DNA of 64,000 bases from the human T2T-CHM13v2.0 reference genome, Homo sapiens: the NCBI RefSeq assembly GCF_009914755.1, contig NC_060942.1; one strand, 5' to 3'. Under the pieces are notes generated by a model. The model saw only the letters and a list, made by a program, of their open reading frames with translations. It had not been told where the DNA came from and ran no database searches. Each line of letters opens with the position of its first letter. Position 1 is the stretch's first letter. Positions 1 through 11,444 of the stretch are shown here, in pieces. Position numbers and translations under genes: made by a program.

Positions 1-68
1 GAATGTGCTCAGGAAAATAAAGGCCATAAAGTGGTGGAGACAAACGATCATTAGAATCACACCTAACT

Positions 69-372
69 GGCTGGGCATGGTGGCTCACGCCTGTAATCCC
101 AGCACTTTGGGAGGCCGAGGCATGTGGATCACCTGAGGTCAGGAGTTCGAGACCAGCCTGATCAACATGGAGAAACCCCATGTCTACTAAGAATACAAAA
201 TTAGCCAGGCATGGTGGCCCATGTCTGTCATCCCAGCTAATCAGGAGGCTGAGGCAGGAGAATCACTTGAACCTGGGGGGCAGAGGTTGCGGTGGGCCGA
301 GATCACACCATTGGCCTGGGCAACAAGAGTGAAACCTCGTTTCAAAAAAAAAAAAAGAAGAAGAAGAAAGAA
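69..372 (+). mobile_element. Alu (AluS)
   Basis: Dimeric Alu with A/GAA tail; TSD aatcacacctaact. Confidence 0.95.
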
Positions 373-1164
373 AATCACACCTAACTATACTTGGCATTTA
401 CTCTAGTATTGTATGGCTACTTATCCAGTCAATAATTGATTGTCTATTACATGGCAGGCACTACTCTAGGGACTTGGGTTATATCAGCGAACAGAATACA
501 CTGAACAAATTCCCTTCCATCACGGAGCTCAATTCTGTGCTTAGTGCTGATTCCTGATCAGGAAGATTCTTAATTACCAGAGCCCAAGAACACATTTCCT
601 TACTGTACACTTGTGATCCCATGACCCCATACAGAAATGCAACTCCCTCTGGGGCGAACCTGGGCAGCTGTGCAGGAGCACAGACGCAGCACTTCTGATT
701 TAAGGGTGAGGATGATCTTACCCTGGTGTGGCTGCCGAGAAACTTAAGATGGGCAGGCTGTCAGGCCTTGCCTCTGAGTTGGATGAGGAAAGTGAGCTCA
801 AAACCAAGGTGAAGAGTTGGCAGTGTGACCCTTGAAGATGATTCAAGTTAGCCTGGGGTACCCTCTCTGTTTTCCACTCCCAAACTGGGATTAACTTTAT
901 AATCTTCCATAAATATAGAGAAACTGGGGGCTTTCCAATATTAGCCTGGGTAGGTACTATTTCAAGACAACAGCAAGATGGCCTTGCATTCTAAAAGAGA
1001 GAAAGGGAGACAGGAAGTGAACATACCTAGAGATGCATGTTTAGGCAGGAGATAGTCTACAATATGGCCTTGTTCTTAGAACATTAGAGAGATGGAGTTT
1101 TTCTCAGCATGCTAAAAACGGTATGCAGATGAAGAGAAAATACTAGGAAGTAAACTGCTGGTCA

Positions 1165-1527
<363 letters not shown>

Positions 1528-3870
1528 AAGAGTGGGCAAATTTATTGCTATGACTACCAACCCAGGATTTTAACCATTTCAAATTTTTAGGTCCCCATAA
1601 ACCTCAAATGTCTGAGAATAAATATTTAAAATGTCTTTTGAATTTGTTATGGAGAGAGTCACCTATCTTTTTGTGAACAGTATTATTTTTAAAAGTTGAA
1701 TTTAATTCCCAGTGACCCCCAGTGCTTCTGTGTCATATCTGTGATGATAGTTAGCCACTTGCTGTAAATTTGGCTACATTGTATACGTGTGTAGAAAATA
1801 CAGGTATCTCCTACAACTAAATAGAAACTTTTTGCGTGGGTAAAAGAATCTCAAATATGCCAGTCCCTGTGGCAAAATTTTCCTGCTTTACTCAAAGGAA
1901 AATAAACACCACAGATAGAAAGATCGTATTTCTAACTCCAGGCTGCATGGAACTGCTCTTAAATGTACAGCTTCCATTCACATTTCTGGTTATCCCTTGA
2001 GTGAGAGGTCAGCTCTGCTACTGACCACAGCAAAGTGAGAAAAGGTCTCTCCACTTGCAGAAAATGCAAGCCCTTCGGTTTGCTTTCTGAACAACAGTGT
2101 TCACGGTTCTGAGGTAATTGCCTTAGTCACACCACAGCGCACAGGTTGGACCTTCAGCTGATACCTGGTGGAGTGGGTATATAGTGATGAATGTGTGTGT
2201 GAGTGTGTAAGCGAGACCTTCCATAGAGTACATGAGATAGATGACCTGGGTCCCAGAAATGGCCCATTTTACTTGACTGACTTGCTAGTAAACAAGTGAG
2301 CCAGGGCTCTCGATCTCAGAATTCAGTTTAGGTCACAAGCTGAGGATGACAGAGGGGGCTCTTCCCTCCAGCTCTTTGAAATTTGGGGCAGATGGATGAG
2401 ACAGCAATTGCCTTCCACAATGGTGGATCTAAAACCAATATCGTCAGTAAATAGGTAAATAGCCCCCTTCCCTTCTACTTCTTTTGAGCTACTTTATCAC
2501 CTTCCCCCACCTTCAATAATAAAGTAATTTGTCCAGCGAAACACTTTGAGTGGATAAATGACTGTAAAAAAAGCACTTAGCTGAGCACGGAAGAGCATTT
2601 TATGACTAGAAAAGGAAATGCCACGTTTATCAACATGAAAAAATTAACATTGTCACTTTATTTTGTATTAACATATGGTCAAAGCACCTCCCTAAGCTTA
2701 TCTTGGGCATGAAACTGTGGTCATTGGTGTGTGAGCTGCTAAGAGACATGTGTTAAATAACTGGATAGGAGAATCTGGTTCTCCTGTGAAAAGTAAAATA
2801 TAAATGTGGCTTTTACCTGGCCAGTTTGGCCAGCAGAACAGAACAATTTGCTCAATCAACAGTTACCTAAAATCTGGAGATTTTTAGATTGGCTTTTTTA
2901 TGACTGGGTCTATAGAAATTCATGTGTCAATTTTTAATATTTTCACGGAGTTAAGTCACTTTGCATTGGGAATATTTTATCTTTGGAGTGTATCTAGTCT
3001 TCTATAAAAATAATACTAGTTTTCTAGTACAAAATTGGGAAAAAGGGGAATACAAAGTATAGTAAAAATAACAGACAAATAAGTTTTCTTAGGTATTTAT
3101 TTACAAAACTCAAATCTTGCCCATATTACAGCGTAAGTCCAAAGCTCATTTGGGACCCTTTGAAACTGAAAATATCATTAAAAATATAAGTTATGTATCA
3201 AGCACAACATCTTTTGTGCATTGATTATTCCTATAAATTTAATTCCATCTCTTTACACTCCCAAATCAGTAATAAGGGAAAACAAATTTATTTCTTGGCA
3301 GCTTTTTTTCTCTTAGCCTCTTTTATACTCTGTTTTAAACAAAATAAGACAAACATCCAATCAAAAACATCCCACCAGTGAGGCAACAGTTAATCTGCCT
3401 GCTTTCCCTAGCATCACAAAAAAAGTGAAGTCTACAAGTCTTTCAGACACACTGAAGTCTTTCATTCATACCACAAATTCTGATTAAAGCCAAGACCTAT
3501 CATTTTCAAAGCACTTCCCTGCAAATGACTAAAAACAATGTTTTTTTCCCCCTTCTTCCTTTAAAGGCTACACCCAAAACATTTGCTTGAGAAACTTTCT
3601 GAATAGTGGCATTGCCTGGTAAAACACATGCAGCAGACAAAATATCAGATTTCTTTTTCCAGCTGTCCAGAATCCCATTAGTGCCTCTTAACTTCTATCA
3701 GTCTTTTGCTATAATTAGGATGGCTTAGGGTTTATCTGGGCCTTTTTTTCAAAACCAGATTTCCTTCCGAGCAGCAGCAGCTGTCATGCACAAGTACCCT
3801 GATGGTGTTGGGAAACTTATTTTGATTTACATTATGGTATAGCAATTGTGAATGTGAAGTAAAGGAAGAG

Positions 3871-3885
3871 ACACACACACGCGCG

Positions 3886-3930
<45 letters not shown>
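3871..3930. repeat. (CA)n/(CG)n compound microsatellite, 60 bp of uninterrupted purine-pyrimidine alternation
   Basis: acacacacac gcgcgcacgc gcgcgcacac (ac)15. Confidence 0.97.
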
Positions 3931-3932
<2 letters not shown>

Positions 3933-3972
3933 TTCTTTTTATCTCGTAATTTCTTTAAAAGAAAAGTCTTAC

Positions 3973-5707
3973 CTGAGGAGGATCACTCCAGTCTGGAACC
4001 TGGCTTGTTTCAAATAGAGTATTAACTTGCATGCCTTCTCCCTTGCAATTTGTGTTGCCTTCTTTGGAGACTGAGTCTGTTGAAGTTTGAAGGGTTTTTG
4101 CTTCTTGCTCTGCCTGGGTTGAAATAGCACATTCTCTTGCATCAGCATGGGAACTCCGACCAGTCGCTGCTGCTGTGGTGTGAGAAGTCTCTCTTTTATC
4201 ACTCTGGGTTAGTGGGGGCTCAGCAGATTCTTTGGCAGAGCAGAGATGAAGGGTACCTTCTGTTGTACTTTCTCTCAGGTTGGCATTCGGCTTCTTGGGA
4301 TTTCCCTTCATTCCCGGCTGCCTCACCCTGGCAGATTTCCTTGAACCCCTCTTGCTCCATAAGTCCTTCCCCCCCACTCTCTTGTCAGCTGCCGTCTCCC
4401 AACACTGGCTCATCCCTGAGTTTTCTGACTCACCAGACAAGAGCTTCATCTCTGTCTCTCTTACTGATTCATCCATGTTGAGCAGATTGTCACTGGCAAA
4501 TTCCTCTCTTGCTTGGTGGCTGTCTCTGGTTTCTCCTTGAATTCCTGGATAATCATTTTCAGCAGCCTCGGGAGCAGTGGGGAGTTTATATCTCCCCTGT
4601 TCTGTCACTGAAGACGTTCCATCCTGGTGAGGTCCCAAAATGAGAGTCATCCCTGTTTGTGGGGATGAGGGACCGTGCTTGGAGACTCTGCTGCTCCTCA
4701 CCCCAACTTCTTGGGGTTGTGAGTGATGACCACAGAAGCCAGCAGTGGCAACCATAGGCCCAGCGTCACCCGACACCCGAGACCCACAACCCATTCCACT
4801 GAGGAAATGCTCACACCCACCCAGGCAATGCTCACCGAATTCCATCTCTTCGTCATCGCTTTCTAATAAAAAAACATGCTCAGTCCCCAGCAGGTTCCTT
4901 TGCCAAACTGCATTAGAGTAATCCGTCATAACATCAGAACATTCCAGATACTCCAGGTCATCATCTGAAAACTCCTCGGTGTAGGTTAGGGTTATCTCTG
5001 GGCAAAGTTCATAGTCACTGTCAGAGTCTTCACTGGAAAGCTGTGGGCTGGGTTGTTTGTTGGCCACGGCACTGTCACCTGGGTAAATGTGTGCAGTTGC
5101 CTCAGACAGCGGGAGGCTGAAGCTAATGTATTTCTGTACTTTGGGATTTTGCTGACTAGAGCGTAAGCCTTCATCATGAGGACCATCATTGTTCAGGTCA
5201 CCATCCGTGAACTTTGATGCCATGGAATGCACTGTCTTGTGGCAACATCTGTCTTGTTTTTCATAAATATGACTTGAATTAAGAAAAAGCAACCCATTTG
5301 CAATTTCTTCTGTGTTACTTGGATCATAAGCCTCTCCAGTGTGCCTTGTTCCTTTAACACCCAAAGGATTTTCAGAACTGGACACACTAATGTCAAGATT
5401 GCCCAATGACTGGAGGGAGAGTGAATGGTTGGATTTGGAGGGGGAGGAGTCAGCTGACCTGGGAGTGCCCGGGGAGATGCTTTCTTCTTCCTTGTAAGGA
5501 TGTTCCTTCTCATCAATCTGATTTGCACTTTCTTCTTCATGTGTCCCTGTTTCATGTTTCCAACCCCTGTCCCTGTCATCTTCCAGGTTAGGAGACAATT
5601 GTGGGTTCTCTGATGAGCACTCAACCTCAACGGAAGCAGAACAACAGATCATTCCAAAAGAGTTTTTAGCCGAGATTTGATAGACAGCAGCATCATTTTT
5701 GGTACAG
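3973..5707 (-). CDS. ALPK2: ALPK2 exon 4 (1735 nt; codons 76-654): end of the Ig-like domain plus a long Ser/acidic low-complexity region
   Basis: Lies in the 595-aa ORF ([29 protein letters not shown]...DWSDPPQ), recognised as ALPK2. Acceptor ctcttcatcctag|C at 5708/5707 and donor CAG|gtaaga at 3973/3972. Phase fits exon 3 (TG+C = Cys). Confidence 0.96.
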
Positions 5708-5966
5708 CTAGGATGAAGAGAATATATAGATAAGTTTGCCACATTTGGACATGCATGCCAACATTTTCACACCATGGCACACAGAGAAAATGACCATCAT
5801 TTTACTGCATGTTCAAGGAGATCTGTGATCTCCCTGGAAAAGAGTTTGTGGCCAAAGGCAACTGACCTCTGGGCTCCGGTGCCCCTAGTGCTGAGAATCC
5901 TAAGCAATCAGCATCCTCCCTTGAAACTTTCCTCAACGCTGCCTCAAATGGAAAATGCTGAGGATT

Positions 5967-6237
5967 GCACCATGACAGTTTACAAATGCCATGGCAGGGT
6001 CAGGACATTACCTTATATGGTCTAAGAGGGGGAGAAACCCTCAGTTCCAAGAATTGCCCACCCCTTTCTTGGAAAACTCATGAATAATTCCACCCCTTAT
6101 TTAGCATATCATCAAGAAACAATCATAAAAATGAGCAACCAGCAGCCCTCAAGGCTGCTCTGCCTATGGAGCAGCCATTCTTTTATTCCTTCACTTTCTT
6201 AATAAACTTGTTTTCACTTTAAAAAAAAAAAAAGAAT
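5967..6237 (+). mobile_element. MER41-family LTR fragment, 5'-truncated and polyadenylated
   Basis: Homologous to 28083-28300 of the in-window MER41. Ends 14 nt after AATAAA in an A13 tail; 15-bp TSD. Confidence 0.85.
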
Positions 6238-7716
6238 AAAATGCTGAGAATTACTTAGATGAATGGGGAAAATGTTTTATATTCTAATTTTTTCTTCTTG
6301 CCTTTTACATCATTTTTATGTTACGGGAATTTGAAAAAGCATTTTTCTAGAGTGAGACATTGTACACAAATAAGTAAAATACAATTCTTCATGTACTGGA
6401 ATGGCATAGAGAACCCTCAAATCTTTTGAAGACCTTGCTAAGAGGGTGTCATTCTTGCTAGAGGCCGTAAAGATAATACCATGATAGGACTACGTATATG
6501 AAGGACAGTGCTGTTTCCTTTTTAATTGAATGTGACTAAAAGTCTAAACCACAGCCCGTGAGCTCCACTGGCTGGAAACCCATGTCCACAGGCCATTCTG
6601 ACTCACATAGATCAAGCCAGGTTTTCAGCTTTGGCCCAGCAGGGGAGGAACAGAATGCTGGATGGAACGAAGCCTGCTCTCTCAGTTCAGGATGGACGCT
6701 GCTCCTGTGGCTCCTCCCATCATTGTTCAGCATCACAAGGAGCCTGCAGCCTGACATACTTTACTGGGTCCTTTCCCACTGGAACTCTTCTCCAGACACT
6801 GCAATCCCAGTAAAAACTTGTTACCTGTGTTTTGTATGTTGCACCCTTATTAATCGCATTTGACCGCATTGTAATTGTAATATTGCTGACCTCACTATAA
6901 GTATCAGCCAGCCCAGAAGTCAACAATCATTTTTAGAAGGCAGGAGCTGTGGGTCTGGCTTGGTCTGAGAGGCAATGCTTAGGTCTTTATTCACTGTTCT
7001 TTGTGTGAAATACACACAAATATCTAACCCAGGAAGGGTCAGTGTGAGACACAGATATAATATGGTCATCCTTTCTCTTCCCCACTGAAGGGACCCCTTG
7101 CCTCCACAATCCTATATGTCCTCATAAACCCTCAAGTGTTGAGTCCCAGCTCACATATGTCTCATTTTCAGAAGGCAAAGACATCTAATCCCAATTTCAA
7201 TAATGTCTTGTTGAGTTGGCAACCTGGCTCTTGGGTAGAAGCCATTCAGGAGCGGCTGAGATTGGCCAAGCTTGACCCATGGCTGATATTGGGCTTTGCC
7301 TTGGCCAAGAGCACACATAGAATAAAATTTAAGGCAACTTTCTGGAGAAAACAATACCTGCGCTCCTGTCTATTTCACTAAGTTATTCTGACTTTGCAAA
7401 GAAGAAATGTTATACCAGACGAATTCTTCAAGAAGGGGGCAGTACCGAGACAAAGATATCTCTGGTGCTGAAGAATCATGCAGAAGTATCATCAGAGAAC
7501 TCTGTTTAAAATTCTTGAATCAGAATCCCTAGGTCAAGGGCCTGAGAATCTGCTTTTAAAGATCTCAAAGCCATTCTGATGCAAATTGTCCTTGGCCTAC
7601 CCTTGGAGACAGCCTCATCCTCATCACTGTCAATCAGGCTTAGGGCTCCGCCATTCAAGCGGACTCTTCTCAGATGAAGAAAAATGTCTATTGCTGCAGT
7701 TTCATGTCATCCAGAT

Positions 7717-8608
7717 TGTTGGCGAAAAAAAAAAAAAAAACTGTGAAATATTTAAAGAGATTTATTTTGAGCCAAATATGAGTGACCATGGCTGGGGCAC
7801 ATCCTCAAGGGGTCCTGAGAACAAGTGCCCGAGGTAGTCAGTTTTACAGTTTGGTTTTATACATTTTAGGGAGACAGAAGTTACAGGCAAAGCATAAATC
7901 AATACGTATAAGGTGCACGTTGATTCAGCCCAGAAAGATGGGACATTTTGAAGTGGGGGGTGGGGGCAAGATTATAGGTCATAGGTAGATTCCAAGATTT
8001 TCTGATTGGTAATTGGTCAGAAGAGTTAAGCTTTCCCTAAAGAGTTGAAGCCAGCAGAAAGAAATTGTTGAGTTAAGATAAGTGGGTTGTGGAAGCCAAG
8101 GTTCTTGTATGTAGAGGCAGCCCCTAAGTAGCAGGCTTCAGAGGGAATAAATGGTAAATGTCCTCTCTGGACCTTAGAAGGTGTCAGATTCTCTCCTGAA
8201 TCGGGAAAAGACCTGGAAAGGGAAGGAGAATCACTACAGAATGCAGATTTCCTCCCACAAGAGTATGGCTTTGCAGGGCCATTTAAAAATATATCAAAGA
8301 AATATATTTTTAGAGTCAAATACTCTGATTTTCTTTAGGACCTGCTCTTTGTGATGTGATGCTATACCAGAATCAGGTTGGAGTTGGGTATCTTCCTGCT
8401 ACAGAGTCTGCTGTGAGTCTTATGATCTCTATTTTAATGTCAGTGGTGGTCAGTTATGCCTAAACTACAAAGAGAGGAGGGTATAATGAGGCGCGTCCAA
8501 CACCCTTCCTGTCATGGCCTGAACTAGTTTTTTAGGTTTCTTAGGGATCCCCTTGGCCAAGGGGTGTGGGGGCAGTGGTGCAGCTTAGAATTTAATTTTT
8601 GGTTTACA
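7717..8608 (-). mobile_element. ERV1 MER4-group solo LTR (MER4D/E-like)
   Basis: Minus strand begins TGTAAACCAAAAATTAAATTCTAAG and ends ...AACA; AATAAA near the 3' end (7761-7766). Confidence 0.75.
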
Positions 8609-8692
8609 ACACTGTCTTCTTCATGAACCTTTTCAATTAATTCTTGGAGATTTGGCCTCCATTAAGCACTGACAGCATAAAAAAGCACTACA

Positions 8693-8926
8693 AGCTGAGC
8701 ACAGTGGCTCACACCTGTAATCCCAGCACTTCAGGAGGCTGAGGTGGGAGGATCAGTTGAGCCTATGAGTTCAAGACCTGCCTGGGAAACATGGCAAGAC
8801 TCCATCTCTGTAAAAAATTTAAAAATTAATCAGGCATGGTGATACACACCAGTAGTCCCAGCTACTCCAGCCTGGATGGCAGAGCAAGACTTTGTCTCAA
8901 AAAAAAAAAAAAGAAAGAAAGAAAAA
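8693..8926 (+). mobile_element. Alu (AluJ-like) with an internal right-arm deletion
   Basis: agtcccagctactccagcctgg junction. Confidence 0.85.
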
Positions 8927-10796
8927 GGCGAGGGGGCTGTGGCAGGGTGGGCAATAGGGACTACTGGGAAATCCCAAGTAATTTTGATATCCTGACCTAT
9001 CCAGTCCATGAGCCCTCTGCAGAGAAACCACCTCCCCTGAAGGTACCATGACTTGTGTAGAAGAGAGAGAAAGGAAGAAAAGAAAAGAAGGCTGAGAGGC
9101 ACAAGGGGCAGTAAAGCAGTAAGAAATCAGGAGAGGTGGGGAGCAGAGATGATTCTCAAGAATCAAGGAGAGAAAACAAAAAGACTTTTAGAAAAACATG
9201 GAGAAAATCATTGAGTTAAATACACTCTATTTAAATTCTTAACAACTAAATAAACAGATGGGAGATTGTCATAATTTTGTGATGTATAATTTTATGAAAC
9301 ATGTTTTAGTTGATAAGAGATTTATAATCCATCCTAAGTACAGTCAATGAAGAGAAAAGGGAACTGGATTAAGTATAATTAACTTCTCACTGGCTAATGA
9401 GTGCCTTTGAAAGAGTTATGATTTGTGGCTGACACGTCTTTGCTAATTATCTCGAAGCATCCTAAAGAAGAGGGGAAGAAAATCGGGCAAGGAAGCCAGC
9501 ATCTGCTGGGTGACTCCTACATTAAACAATGTCTGCCTCCTCCCTGTGGGCAAAACTGAGGTTGAAAGGAGTTATTTCCCCAAAGTGACAAAGCTGGAAA
9601 GCCATAGAGCCGGGATAAGAAAGAGCCTTCTGCCCTGGCTGCCTGGCTCTGTGGTTGCTGTTAGAAAACTAACATTACCAGAAAGGAAACGACACAGTGT
9701 AGAGATCATTCTGCAAATAAAGTGTTTCTGTCCTAAGTCTTCAATCTTGATCAGCCAAATGGCAGACTTGCATAGAGTAATGGGCACCGTGGTGCCCAGC
9801 ATTATGTTAGGAGCTGCAGTGGAGTGAAGGAGACGCCTGAAACATCATGTCCAGCCCCCAAATGACTAAAAATTGACTGAAGGAAATAGTATTACTTTCC
9901 CAGAGAACCTTGTAGATCAGGTCTGTGCTAAGGTGTACAGAACAGACTGGATGGGAAAAAGGAGTTCAGAGAAGGGACTCCAATGGTAGCAGTTAAAATG
10001 GTGTTAGTAGGGTCAGGGTGTAGAATCTTTGCAGCATGCTGGCAGAGAGACCTGTGTGCCCCACAGTGATTTGACAGGAATGCAAAACCATCCAGGAAGA
10101 AATTCCCTGAACAATTAATTGAATTCCCTCCTTGCATGTCTTTTCTTTTGGCGGAGGGAAGCAGTAACATTCCTCTCCCCTGCTGTGAAAGTCTTGCTTG
10201 AATTCTCTAGGTTCTTTATAAATTAATCATTTCCTTATTAAAGAAAAAGAGGTCCATGTTACCTTGAATGAAGCTTCTGAGTTTGAACCCCCAGAAGTGG
10301 TCTAAACCAGAATTTCTGAAAACATTTTGGTTTCAAGACTCTTTAACACTCTTAAAAATAATTGAGGACTTCAAAGAACTTTTGTTTATATGGGTTATAT
10401 CTGTCAATATTTACCACATTACAATAAAAAATTTTTAACTATTTAGTTCATTTTAAAATAACAAGAATAAATTCATTGCACATTAGCATAAATAATGTTT
10501 TTATGGAAAACAAATATATTTTTCCAAGGCAAAGCAACATTTCATAAGAGTAGTTTTAAATTTTTTCATATATCTTTAATATCAAGCTTAACAGAAGATG
10601 GTTGGATTTTTGTATCTGTGCATTCAGTGTGATACAATACATGGTTTTGATTAATATATGTAGAAAAACTGGCCTGACACATCAATGTATTGGGAAAGAA
10701 GGAATATTTTAATAATCTTTTCATCTGATTGAAAATATTCTTATTTGATATATACGAAGATTAGTTACAATGTGGAATCTGAAACCACATCAGTGA

Positions 10797-11153
<357 letters not shown>

Positions 11154-11444
11154 TAAGTGCATCTTTTACCCATGCATGATTTTGTAACATCACACATTGG
11201 TCATTTGGAAAAACTTGGCTCATGATATCTTCCAAATATTAATACATTTTATTAAATAATACTTTTTAAAACCACGTTGTTTAATATTATCACTGATCTT
11301 ATCAGAATAATTTTTAAATATTATAAACTGTTAAGCTTTTGATGAAGGGCACAAGCTTTCCAAAATTCTACTTAGGGAAATAATATGAATGTTAATTTAT
11401 CAGAGAACAGTGTAAATCAAATCTGTGCTAAGTTGTATGGTAGA

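Noticed and set aside
5000-5030. DSDSDYELC as an LC3-interacting (LIR) motif
   Set aside because: Position +3 after Tyr is Cys, not L/I/V.
4137-5630. Alternative-frame and antisense ORFs over exon 4 (61-145 aa)
   Set aside because: Shadow ORFs of a long coding exon with no independent support.
5708-5742. N-terminal [12 protein letters not shown] of the 595-aa ORF as a real start
   Set aside because: It is intron-3 sequence (polypyrimidine tract and AG) and begins at a GTG rather than an ATG; the true frame enters by splicing at 5707.
8549-8564. 16-bp palindrome CCCCTTGGCCAAGGGG
   Set aside because: Internal to the MER4-group LTR and close to its recalled consensus.
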